Notes under the pieces: model-generated | Seen by the model: only the letters and a program-made list of their open reading frames with translations | Database searches by the model: none | Told to the model about the DNA's origin: nothing | NCBI GenBank assembly: GCA_028713155.1 | Contig: JAQTPA010000004.1 | Coordinates: 8,305-72,304 of the forward strand | From: Candidatus Omnitrophota bacterium | Lineage (GTDB): Bacteria; Omnitrophota; Gorgyraeia; Gygaellales; Profunditerraquicolaceae | Direction: 5' to 3' | DNA: 64,000 nucleotides | In this document: positions 1 to 8,236 of the stretch, in pieces | How the letters are laid out: each line of letters begins with the position of its first letter | Position numbering within the stretch: the first letter of the stretch is position 1 | Made by a program: the position numbers and the translations under genes

Positions 1-10
1 CCAGCAAGCT

Positions 11-355
11 ATGGATAAATTTCAATCTATAAATGATACTGAACTTAATTATGCGGGAATCAACGACCAGGTAGATGGATACGCGCAAAACTTTGCCAAA
101 ATCCTGCTTAACGCAGGGGTAAACCAGAAAACAGCCGGTATGATTATGCAGAAGAGCGCGGCTTGGTATGGTCAGGCTTTAGTAGATCTTTTTAACGGTA
201 AACCCTATAACCAGATTATTCAGGATTACTCCTCAAAAATCGCGGATTTATTCAGTCAACAACACCTGAACCTGAATGCCCAGTCAGAAATAGTTGATAT
301 GGCCAGCGATAACCTGGAATCGCTCAATACTCTCTTCCGGGGATTAGAAGAATAG
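11..355 (+). CDS. hypothetical protein (Q/N-rich, no recognisable domain)
   Basis: ORF of 114 aa with its ATG 10 nt from the window edge. No motif recognised. Confidence 0.35.
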   Translation: MDKFQSINDTELNYAGINDQVDGYAQNFAKILLNAGVNQKTAGMIMQKSAAWYGQALVDLFNGKPYNQIIQDYSSKIADLFSQQHLNLNAQSEIVDMASDNLESLNTLFRGLEE

Positions 356-407
356 GAGGATAATAAATTCCAGAGCGGACTCGCCTTAAACTTCGCCAGC
401 CCAGGTT

Positions 408-851
408 ATGAAAATAAAAACTCTTAAGAGGGTATTTATCCGTTTACTTAAGCTTAACGCCAGCCCGCACGGCATTGCCCTGGGCGTGGCCATAGGTGTT
501 TTTATCGGTGTCCTGCCGGTTTACGGGCTGCATACCGTATTAATGGTCCTGGCGGCTATCCTTATTCCTTCCACCAATAAAATAGCGATATTCATCGGCA
601 CCAATATTTCGCTTCTTCCCACTATCCCGCTGATTACCTGGGGAGGTTATGAAATAGGGAGATTTATCCTGATTAAGGATTATCCGGATTTAAGCTGGGC
701 ATATTTCAGGCACATGAATTTCCAGATGTTTAAGGATTTCTACTATCCTTTGTTTATCGGGAGTTTTTTCCTGGGGCTTATCCTGGCTGTCCTGTTTTAC
801 TTTATCGTTTTTTATATTGTTGCTCAATGGCTCAAGAGGCGTAAGAAATGA
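408..851 (+). CDS. DUF2062-family small membrane protein
   Basis: 147 aa with 3-4 TM segments. The N-terminal 'SPHGIALGVAIGVFIGVLPVYGLHTVL' block is typical of DUF2062. ATG start, and the stop overlaps the next gene. Confidence 0.55.
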   Translation: MKIKTLKRVFIRLLKLNASPHGIALGVAIGVFIGVLPVYGLHTVLMVLAAILIPSTNKIAIFIGTNISLLPTIPLITWGGYEIGRFILIKDYPDLSWAYFRHMNFQMFKDFYYPLFIGSFFLGLILAVLFYFIVFYIVAQWLKRRKK

Positions 852-1498
852 CTGAAAATCCGCCGGTTACCATCCGGAAGTTTCAGAAAAAAGACCGGGA
901 AGATGTGCGCAGGATATGCTGCAGCACCGGTTTTTTAGGAAGCCCCGTTTCCAATTTTCTTGACGGCGATGAAATATTCGCCGATTGCCTGACGCTTTAT
1001 TTTACCGACTATGAGCCGGAAGCGTGCTTTGTGGCGGAATGCCAGGGGAAAGTCGTAGGGTATATTACCGGGGCCAAGGACCTGCGCCAGGTCTACCGCA
1101 ATAATATCCTCTGCCGGATTTTTATAAAAATCATAGCTTCCGCGGCTTTAGGGAAACCAAAAAACAGGCTTTTTATCTGGAATCTGTTAATGAGTTTGCT
1201 GAAAAGAGAATTTTCTGATCCGGATTTTTCTAAGGAGTATCCCGCGACTTTACATATTAATATTCAGGATGGGCTGCGCGGTTCTAAGATCGGCGCCGGA
1301 CTTATTGATGCCTATCTGGGGTATCTCAAAGGGGAAGGGGTGCGGGGAGTGCATTTTGCCACTATGTCTGAGCGGGCAAGTAATTTTTTCAGCAAGCAGC
1401 GCTTTAGTCTTCTTTACCGGGGCAAACGTTCATATTTTAGCTATATCCTGCATAAAGGCTTGCCTCTCTACATTTACGGCAAGCGCCTGGCGGAATAA
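848..1498 (+). CDS. GNAT-family N-acetyltransferase
   Basis: 216 aa, translationally coupled to the DUF2062 gene. N-terminus 'IRKFQKKDREDVRRIC' and overall layout fit a GNAT fold. Confidence 0.5.
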   Translation: MTENPPVTIRKFQKKDREDVRRICCSTGFLGSPVSNFLDGDEIFADCLTLYFTDYEPEACFVAECQGKVVGYITGAKDLRQVYRNNILCRIFIKIIASAALGKPKNRLFIWNLLMSLLKREFSDPDFSKEYPATLHINIQDGLRGSKIGAGLIDAYLGYLKGEGVRGVHFATMSERASNFFSKQRFSLLYRGKRSYFSYILHKGLPLYIYGKRLAE

Positions 1499-1509
1499 TA
1501 AACAAAAAA

Positions 1510-1537
1510 CCCCGAAACTCTCTTTCGGGGCTTTCTT
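1510..1537 (+). terminator. rho-independent terminator after the GNAT gene
   Basis: Hairpin ccccgaaactctctttcgggg followed by a T-rich tract. Confidence 0.6.
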
Positions 1538-1582
1538 GTAGGTGATAGGCCTTATAGCCTGCGCTATCGACCAACCTCCTTA
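1532..1582 (+). repeat. copy 1 of a ~52-nt conserved terminator-adjacent element
   Basis: ttcttgtaggtgataggccttatagcctgcgctatcgaccaacctcctt. About 85% identical to 18602-18653, with a conserved internal hairpin ATAGC-n4-GCTAT. Confidence 0.6.
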
Positions 1583-1681
1583 TTGAGTAAACGCATAACG
1601 AAGTATGCAATATCCTGGATAAAAGTCAAGGGTAAATTTGGTATTTTAGGAAAGCGCTTTCAGAATTATCTTTTTTTTAAG

Positions 1682-1709
1682 TTGACAGAGGGGAAGGGTA
1701 GAGTAAAAT
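1682..1709 (+). promoter_or_regulatory. sigma70-like promoter (TTGACA-16-TAAAAT) for the mla operon, leaderless-type
   Basis: The -35 TTGACA is at 1682-1687 and the -10 TAAAAT at 1704-1709. Only 9 nt separate the -10 from the ATG at 1719. Confidence 0.45.
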
Positions 1710-1718
1710 AAAGAAAAC

Positions 1719-2843
1719 ATGCCCGCAAAACTTTCCTTTAACTATCCTCAAACAGGAACGCTCCGCGTCAAACTAAGCGGTGACTGGCAGATTTATGCCA
1801 GTATTCCTTCAGAAAATGAAGTTGTTGCAGAGCTCGCCAGCCATCAAGATACCGCGCAGATCATTTTTGATACTTCAGAAGTAGGCAGTTGGGACAGCGG
1901 CCTGGTTTCATTCCTATTTCGTCTTGTCCGGGATTGCGAACATAAAAATATTCAAGTGAGCCATCAAGGCCTGCCGCAGGGAGCAGAGAAGCTGCTGACG
2001 CTTGCTTTAAAGGTGCATACGCGGGCTATGCCGGAGAAGAGCGCGCGCAATCCGTTCCTTGAGAGGGTGGCGGATAAAGCTTTAGAGCTTTATGCCAGCA
2101 CGCTTTCAGTACTTAATTTTTTAGGTGAGATTACTGTCGCTTTCGGCCGCTTCATTAGCGGTAAAGCGTATTTCCGCCGCGATGATTTCATCGGCATTGT
2201 CCAGAAATGCGGGGCTAATGCCCTATGGCTGGTTTCTTTAATCAGTATCCTGGTCGGCATTATTCTTGCCTTTATCGGAGCAATCCAGCTCCAGTTATTT
2301 GGGGCGCAGATTTTTATCGCGGATATCGTAGGTATTGCCATGGTCCGCGTGATGGGGGCGGTAATGGCGGCTATTATTATGGCCGGACGCACCGGAGCTT
2401 CTTTTGCCGCCGAACTCGGCCTGATGCAGGTAAATGAGGAGATTGACGCGTTTAAAACACTGGGTATCTCCCCGGTTGAATTTTTAGTTATGCCCCGTGT
2501 TTTAGCGCTGGTGATTATGATGCCGCTTTTAACGCTTTATGCGGATTTTATGGGCATAGCCGGAGGCTTCCTAATCAGCGCCAGCGTGCTTGGGCTTAAC
2601 CCGGTGGAATACTGGCATCATACCCAGTCAGCGGTGCGTTTGAGCAATCTTTGGATCGGGCTCATACACGGTTTTGTTTTCGGTATAATTATTGCGGTTT
2701 GCGGCTGCCTGCGCGGGCTTAAATGCGAAAGAAGCGCTGAGGGTATAGGAGTAGCGACTACCTCGGCAGTGGTAAGTGCCATAACCAGTATTGTGGTGGC
2801 TACTGCAATTCTAACTTTTATTTGCCAGGTTTTAGGAGTTTAG
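1719..2843 (+). CDS. mlaE: MlaE-family ABC permease with N-terminal STAS (anti-sigma-antagonist-like) domain
   Basis: 374 aa. The first ~110 aa are STAS-like ('TLRVKLSGDWQIYASIPSENEV...IIFDTSEVGSWDSGLVSFL'). The rest is a polytopic MlaE/DUF140 permease. Confidence 0.75.
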   Translation: MPAKLSFNYPQTGTLRVKLSGDWQIYASIPSENEVVAELASHQDTAQIIFDTSEVGSWDSGLVSFLFRLVRDCEHKNIQVSHQGLPQGAEKLLTLALKVHTRAMPEKSARNPFLERVADKALELYASTLSVLNFLGEITVAFGRFISGKAYFRRDDFIGIVQKCGANALWLVSLISILVGIILAFIGAIQLQLFGAQIFIADIVGIAMVRVMGAVMAAIIMAGRTGASFAAELGLMQVNEEIDAFKTLGISPVEFLVMPRVLALVIMMPLLTLYADFMGIAGGFLISASVLGLNPVEYWHHTQSAVRLSNLWIGLIHGFVFGIIIAVCGCLRGLKCERSAEGIGVATTSAVVSAITSIVVATAILTFICQVLGV

Positions 2844-2846
2844 ACA

Positions 2847-3620
2847 ATGGGAGAAACCGGAAAGCCAGTTATTGAAGTGCGCAACCTTGATTTAAGCTAT
2901 GCTGATTACGCGGTAATGCGCAATCTCAATTTTAGCGTAAATAAGGGCGAGATTTTCATTGTGATGGGCGGCAGCGGCTGCGGTAAGAGTACCTTGCTTA
3001 AAGTTTTAATCGGGCTTAAGGAGCCGCTCAAAGGAGAGGTTTTATACGACGGGATAAATTTTTGGCAGCAGGATGAGGCAGTTCAGCAAAAGATGATGCG
3101 GCGTTTCGGGGTGCTTTATCAGGGCGGGGCGCTGTGGAGTTCTTTTACGCTGGGAGAAAATATCGCTCTTCCGTTGCAGTTATATACCAGTTTATCTGCC
3201 GGACAGATCCAGGAGGTAGTGGAATTAAAACTGGCTTTAGTCGGGCTCTCCGGTTATGCCGGATTTTATCCTTCCGAGATAAGCGGAGGGATGTGTAAAA
3301 GAGCGGCCCTGGCGCGGGCAATCGCGCTTGACCCCGATATTATCTTTTTTGATGAGCCTTCAGCCGGGCTTGACCCGTTAAGCGCGCGGATGCTGGATGA
3401 TTTAATCCTTCAGTTGAAGGATACCTTGGGGGCTACGATTATCGTGGTTACGCATGAGCTGGCTAGTATTTTTAGCGTGGGCGACAACGCGGCACTGCTT
3501 GACACTGAGAGCAAAAGCATGATTGCCATCGGCAACCCTAAGAATTTATTGGCTAATTCCAGTGATCCCAGAGTTATCCGGTTTTTGACCAGAGGAGAGA
3601 GACAAGGAGCAGCCCAATGA
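2847..3620 (+). CDS. mlaF: ABC transporter ATP-binding protein, MlaF-like
   Basis: Walker A 'GGSGCGKST', ABC signature 'ISGGMCKRAALARA' and Walker B 'IIFFDEPSAGLD'. Confidence 0.85.
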   Translation: MGETGKPVIEVRNLDLSYADYAVMRNLNFSVNKGEIFIVMGGSGCGKSTLLKVLIGLKEPLKGEVLYDGINFWQQDEAVQQKMMRRFGVLYQGGALWSSFTLGENIALPLQLYTSLSAGQIQEVVELKLALVGLSGYAGFYPSEISGGMCKRAALARAIALDPDIIFFDEPSAGLDPLSARMLDDLILQLKDTLGATIIVVTHELASIFSVGDNAALLDTESKSMIAIGNPKNLLANSSDPRVIRFLTRGERQGAAQ

Positions 3621-4321
3621 TTAAAAAAGCGAATAAAACGGTGATTGGCGCGTTTGTGGTAGGCGCAGTGGTGTTACTACTGACAGCGATAGTGGTTTTT
3701 GGATCAGGAATGATTTTTAGACAATCCGATAAGTATGTTTTATTTTTCGATGGTTCGGTAAAAGGCCTTTCCGTGGGCGCGCCGGTAATATTTCGGGGCG
3801 TACAAATCGGCAATGTCACCAGCATAAGCCTGATTTACGAGGGGAAGTCCCAGCAAGTGCTCATCCCTGTAGTCATTGATATTGAATTGTCGCGCGTAAT
3901 AGGTTTGCCTGAAGTGCCGGGTTATCCTGATTACGCGAAGCTGGTTCAGCAGGGCCTACGGGCAAAGCTGGAGATAAAAAGTTTTATTACCGGCCAACTG
4001 ATGATTGCGCTGGATTTTTATCCGGATAAGCCACCTAAATTTTATGATATCATAAAAAGCTATCCCGAATTACCGGCGCTTCCCATATCGCCGGATATTT
4101 TTGAAGTTATGGACGAGATCCCGATAAAAGAGATTACCACGAATTTAGAGCAGGCGGTATCCGGGATAAACAGGCTGGTAAATTCCGAGGGATTTTTCCG
4201 GATGGATAAGACACTGAAAGAGGTGACCGATGCGGTGCGTTCCTTTAATTTACTTACTGAATATCTTGAGCAGCACCCGGAGGCATTTTTCAAAGGGAAG
4301 TCAGATCTAAAAGGAGAATAA
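3617..4321 (+). CDS. mlaD: MCE/MlaD-family substrate-binding protein
   Basis: N-terminal TM anchor followed by an MCE domain ('GLSVGAPVIFRGVQIGNV'). Sits in an operon with mlaEF. Confidence 0.7.
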   Translation: MIKKANKTVIGAFVVGAVVLLLTAIVVFGSGMIFRQSDKYVLFFDGSVKGLSVGAPVIFRGVQIGNVTSISLIYEGKSQQVLIPVVIDIELSRVIGLPEVPGYPDYAKLVQQGLRAKLEIKSFITGQLMIALDFYPDKPPKFYDIIKSYPELPALPISPDIFEVMDEIPIKEITTNLEQAVSGINRLVNSEGFFRMDKTLKEVTDAVRSFNLLTEYLEQHPEAFFKGKSDLKGE

Positions 4322-4322
4322 G

Positions 4323-4964
4323 ATGAGGCCAAACGGTTTTCTATGTTCTGTGGTAGCAGCTTTTTCAATTTTTATGTTAAGCGGGTGTCTTTCTGTCGGC
4401 AGCAGCCCGTCCCCGCGGTTTTATATGCTTAGTTCAATAACTAAGGACCAGGTAACCGAAAAATTTGATATTACGCCCGGATTAATTGTTGCGGTTGGGC
4501 CGGTTAATATACCGGGATACCAGGATCGCCCGCAAATTGTAACCCGGGATAAAAATGGGATGCTGAAGTTTGCCCAGTTTGACCGTTGGGGAGAAAATCT
4601 TGATTTTGCCCTGGCGCACCAGTTTACCGATAATTTAACACTGATGCTTCCGGATGCGTCTTTTCAGATTTTTCCCTGTAATTTTGCTATCCCGCTGGAT
4701 TATCAGGTGATTATAGATATCATTCAGCTGGACAGCGAGCTGGACAAGAATATGCTCTTGGTGGCGCAGTGGTCAATTATTCATGCTAAAAGCAGGGAGA
4801 TGCTCTTGACCAAAAGGTCGCAGTTTATCCAGCCGATCAATCCGCATGATTATCACGGGTTAATCCAGGCACTCAACGTATCCTGCGCGGCATTAAGCAG
4901 CGAGATTGCCGGTAACTTAGCCAAATTGGCAAATCAGGCTAAAACAAAAGAGGGCATTAAGTAG
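4323..4964 (+). CDS. ABC-transport auxiliary lipoprotein (DUF330/PqiC-like)
   Basis: Lipobox 'MLSGC'. Lies immediately downstream of the MCE gene, as PqiC/YmbA-type lipoproteins do. Confidence 0.5.
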   Translation: MRPNGFLCSVVAAFSIFMLSGCLSVGSSPSPRFYMLSSITKDQVTEKFDITPGLIVAVGPVNIPGYQDRPQIVTRDKNGMLKFAQFDRWGENLDFALAHQFTDNLTLMLPDASFQIFPCNFAIPLDYQVIIDIIQLDSELDKNMLLVAQWSIIHAKSREMLLTKRSQFIQPINPHDYHGLIQALNVSCAALSSEIAGNLAKLANQAKTKEGIK

Positions 4965-4974
4965 GAAGATACCT

Positions 4975-5433
4975 ATGGCTGGCCTTATGAAATTTTCTAA
5001 GAGGCAGGCAATCAGGCTCATAGTAATGCTGGCATTTTTGGCGTGTATGCTCTTTGCGAATTTTTACGCGGTCAGGAAAATGTTGGATTACGGAGTAAAG
5101 GTTTATTTCTACGATAAGCTCCTGGTGGCTTATAATATCGGCGGGATAAAGGGGCTTGAAGATGAGCTTGAAAAAATACGCGTCACTGATAAAATGCCCC
5201 GGGAATTAATATTAGCCGAAGAATTTGCATCCCGGTTGAAGAGCTTAAAAGAGCCGGCAGTATTCCTGGAAGATAAAGTTGAGTGGGGCAAGAAAAGGAT
5301 TAATTTTATCAGGAGCTTGCGCAGCGGGGCAATTGTCCTGATGGTTCTTATATTCGGCTATCAGTTGATTTTGGAAAAACAAAAGCGGGAGGAGAAGAGG
5401 ATAGGTAATTCCGGCGGCACCTGCTGTAAATAA
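4975..5433 (+). CDS. hypothetical membrane protein (TM helices at both ends)
   Basis: 152 aa with no recognisable motif. Confidence 0.4.
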   Translation: MAGLMKFSKRQAIRLIVMLAFLACMLFANFYAVRKMLDYGVKVYFYDKLLVAYNIGGIKGLEDELEKIRVTDKMPRELILAEEFASRLKSLKEPAVFLEDKVEWGKKRINFIRSLRSGAIVLMVLIFGYQLILEKQKREEKRIGNSGGTCCK

Positions 5434-5453
5434 GGCGTATTCAGGACTTTCTT

Positions 5454-5891
5454 ATGCAATATAGTAGAGGAGATATAGGCAGGATATTTTTGTTGAAGTT
5501 TGAGGACGGGGACATCCTTTTGGATGAGCTTAAGGAGTTTGTAAAGAAGGAAAAGTTAAAGGCCGCGGCGCTCCTTTTTATCGGAGCGCTTAAGGCGGGC
5601 GGCCTGGTCACCGGCCCTAAAAAACCGGTAATCCCTCCCATCCCCAACAAAGTTTATTTTAAAAACGGTTGGGAGGTAATGGGGATGGGGACCGTTTTTA
5701 CCAGTAAATCCGGGCCGCAGATACATATCCATGGCAGCCTGGGCAAAAAACAGAAGGCGCTTACCGGATGCGTGCGCGGGAAATCCAAAGTATTCCTGGT
5801 TATTGAGGCAATAGTATTTGAATTAAAGGGGCTCAAGGCCACAAAATCCATTGACCCTAAAACCGGCCTTAATCTTTTGAAGATATTGTAA
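5454..5891 (+). CDS. PPC/DUF296-domain protein (predicted DNA-binding)
   Basis: 145 aa. '[41 protein letters not shown]...[11 protein letters not shown]' matches the DUF296 pattern. Confidence 0.5.
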   Translation: MQYSRGDIGRIFLLKFEDGDILLDELKEFVKKEKLKAAALLFIGALKAGGLVTGPKKPVIPPIPNKVYFKNGWEVMGMGTVFTSKSGPQIHIHGSLGKKQKALTGCVRGKSKVFLVIEAIVFELKGLKATKSIDPKTGLNLLKIL

Positions 5892-5905
5892 AAAGGAAAG
5901 CCAGA

Positions 5906-6457
5906 GTGGTAAGGAACATCGCGGCAGTTATTTTTTCCCTGTTTTTTATTAACCAATTAGCTAACGGAGTATACGGAATGGATAACCAAATCGTGGTGCT
6001 GGAGACTAATCAGGGTTCTATAGAAATCAGGCTTATGCCTGAAGCAGCGCCTAAGGCCTGCGAAAATTTTACCAAGCTTGTTGAGAAAGGTTATTATAAC
6101 GGATTGATTTTTCACCGGGTGATCAAGGATTTTATGATTCAGGGAGGAGACCCGACTGCCACAGGCGCCGGCGGAGAATCTATCTGGGGAAAACCTTTTG
6201 CCGACGAAGTAACCCCGGGAGCCAAATTTGATAAACCCGGGAGTGTGGCTATGGCCAATGCCGGGCCGAATACCAATGGCAGCCAGTTTTTTATCACTAC
6301 TGCCGCTACGCCCTGGCTGAATATGCGCCATACAATTTTCGGTGAAGTGGTTAAAGGCTATGATGTGGTGCAGAAGATTGAAAATACGCCTACCAGTTCG
6401 TCTGACCGGCCGCAGGCCGAACAAAAAATAATCAAGGCATATTTGAAGGAAGAATAA
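5906..6457 (+). CDS. ppiB: cyclophilin-type peptidyl-prolyl cis-trans isomerase
   Basis: '[15 protein letters not shown]...GSQFFITT' is the cyclophilin signature. A GTG start at 5906 adds a possible signal peptide. The alternative ATG at 5978 would give a cytoplasmic form. Confidence 0.85.
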   Translation: MVRNIAAVIFSLFFINQLANGVYGMDNQIVVLETNQGSIEIRLMPEAAPKACENFTKLVEKGYYNGLIFHRVIKDFMIQGGDPTATGAGGESIWGKPFADEVTPGAKFDKPGSVAMANAGPNTNGSQFFITTAATPWLNMRHTIFGEVVKGYDVVQKIENTPTSSSDRPQAEQKIIKAYLKEE

Positions 6458-6462
6458 GGTAT

Positions 6463-7824
6463 ATGAAAAAACTGATTTTATTAAGCATCGCCATTCTTTA
6501 CGGAGTGTTTTTGCCAGCGTTTGCCTGGGCGCAGCCAGGCGAATTTCCTTCCATAGAGCCATTTAGCAATAAAGACCGGGTTTTAATCCTTGCCCCGCAT
6601 CCCGATGATGAAAACATCGGCTGTGGCGGAGTAATCCAGCGCGCGCTTAAATCCGGAGCTAAAGTCAAAATTATGTATCTGACTAACGGCGACCACAACG
6701 AATTTGCTTTTATTGTTTATGAAAAGAGGCTGGTTGTGCGTAATCCCGCATTCGTGGCCATGGGTAAAGTGAGAGAAGAAGAAGCCGGGAAGGCAATGAA
6801 GATACTGGGAGTGGCTGAGAGCGATCTTATTTTCCTGGGGTACCCTGATTATGGCACAAAGAATATGTTTTTTTATTCCTGGGAGGGCAGCGCGCCTTTC
6901 AGGGATCGCCTTACCCGGCAGTCTTATGTTCCCTATAAAGAAGCTCCTTCTTACGGCGCCCCGTATAAGTCGGAACATATCCTGGCGGATTTAGAGAGAG
7001 TCCTTATTGCTTATAAGCCCACCAAGATTTTTGTTTCGCATCCGGCTGATGTCAACGGCGACCATTGGGCATATTATTGTTTCCTGCAGATTGCCCTTCA
7101 GGACCTCAAAAAACAGTTTGCGGAACCTAAATTGTATGTGTATTTTGTCCATGCTCCGGGCTGGCCTTTGCCGCGGCATTACCATCCCCAGCTGGAGCTT
7201 GAGCCATCCGCAAAACATTTTCCGGATGCGTTGATTAACTGGTCAAGCTTTAAGTTGACCGAAGATGAAATAGATAAAAAATATAAGGCAATGCTTGCCT
7301 ACAAGAGCCAGACCTGCGTGAGCGCGTTCTATCTTTTATCTTTTGTGCGCCAGAACGAAATATTCGGCGATTATCCCCTTATCTTGCTGAAAAAGCAAAA
7401 ATCCGCTCTCCTGAAAGGCAAGGATGTCTTTAATGACGATAAGCGGATCAGCTATGCCGTGGTGGACGACTATTTCTGGGTGCGTGTAAGAAAACCGCAG
7501 GAGCTAAGGAGCCGGTTATTTTTCCGTTTTTATTTTTTCGGGTATAATGATGACGTTCCCTATAGCAAGATGCCGAACATCTGCGTGCGCACCAAGAAAG
7601 ACAAGGTAGTGGTAGAGGAGCTGAATTTGAAAAAAAACCTGGACCCTCAGGGAACGAGCGCACAGTTAAAAGGAGAGCTCTTTATCTTGAAAGTACCGCT
7701 TAAACTTCTAGGGGACCCGGATTTTCTTTTGACATGCGTAATGACAGATAAGACATTTCTGCCCTTAGATGCGGTGGGTTTCCGGAAGGTAAAGATCCTG
7801 GATAGCCCCAGTAGAAGAAAGTAA
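6463..7824 (+). CDS. secreted PIG-L/LmbE-family deacetylase with ~200-aa C-terminal extension
   Basis: Signal peptide 'ILLSIAILYGVFLPAFAWA', then the 'LILAPHPDDENIGCGG' motif of GlcNAc-PI de-N-acetylase/LmbE. No family recognised for the C-terminal region. Confidence 0.6.
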   Translation: MKKLILLSIAILYGVFLPAFAWAQPGEFPSIEPFSNKDRVLILAPHPDDENIGCGGVIQRALKSGAKVKIMYLTNGDHNEFAFIVYEKRLVVRNPAFVAMGKVREEEAGKAMKILGVAESDLIFLGYPDYGTKNMFFYSWEGSAPFRDRLTRQSYVPYKEAPSYGAPYKSEHILADLERVLIAYKPTKIFVSHPADVNGDHWAYYCFLQIALQDLKKQFAEPKLYVYFVHAPGWPLPRHYHPQLELEPSAKHFPDALINWSSFKLTEDEIDKKYKAMLAYKSQTCVSAFYLLSFVRQNEIFGDYPLILLKKQKSALLKGKDVFNDDKRISYAVVDDYFWVRVRKPQELRSRLFFRFYFFGYNDDVPYSKMPNICVRTKKDKVVVEELNLKKNLDPQGTSAQLKGELFILKVPLKLLGDPDFLLTCVMTDKTFLPLDAVGFRKVKILDSPSRRK

Positions 7825-7847
7825 TAAATAAAAAAAGAGATTTAAGT

Positions 7848-7876
7848 TTGTTTATTTGAAGATTATCTGTTATACT
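7848..7876 (+). promoter_or_regulatory. candidate promoter TTGTTT-17-TATACT
   Basis: -35 at 7848-7853 and -10 at 7871-7876. RBS aaggcgg precedes the ATG at 7895. Confidence 0.35.
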
Positions 7877-7894
7877 TTAAAAAAGGCGGTGAAT

Positions 7895-8218
7895 ATGGAA
7901 TTTAACGAGATAAAAAAAGAAGTTAAGGGCCTAGGGTGCGAGACCTTGCGTACAGATTCCGATAATTTTTTTGAAGCGGTAATTATCAAGGAAGAATTAT
8001 CCAGGCTCAATGAAAGATTGCAGAATTTTTTCGGTGAGCCTGCCTGGCCGTCTAAAGATAAGTTATCTTTTCAGGCGCAGGAAACAATCAAGGGTTTCGG
8101 CGGCATTATGCCCGGGCAGACCCTCTATTTTAAGAGCCAAGGCCAGGATTCCACTTTTGCCATGCTTTGGCCGTGGCAGGACGGTCAACACACCACCATT
8201 AAGATTGCCCGTAAATAA
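7895..8218 (+). CDS. hypothetical protein
   Basis: 107 aa from the first ATG, which has an RBS. The ORF track starts at an upstream TTG inside the promoter. No motif recognised. Confidence 0.4.
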   Translation: MEFNEIKKEVKGLGCETLRTDSDNFFEAVIIKEELSRLNERLQNFFGEPAWPSKDKLSFQAQETIKGFGGIMPGQTLYFKSQGQDSTFAMLWPWQDGQHTTIKIARK

Positions 8219-8236
8219 AAAGGGTGTTTAGTTTAT

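Noticed and set aside
1572-1582. The AACCTCCTT tail of the repeat resembles the anti-Shine-Dalgarno 3' end of 16S rRNA (CACCTCCTT).
   Set aside because: Only 9 nt match and no rRNA-like sequence lies upstream, so it is not an rRNA gene fragment. It is noted only as a possible SD-complementary feature.
2090-2392. Numerous minus-strand ORFs of 60-200 aa in the six-frame track, for example 2090-2392, 6583-6978, 30733-31260, 31585-32055, 37967-38488, 43827-44450 and 51268-51873.
   Set aside because: All lie entirely inside well-supported + strand genes with clear homology and have no RBS or motifs of their own. They are typical shadow ORFs.
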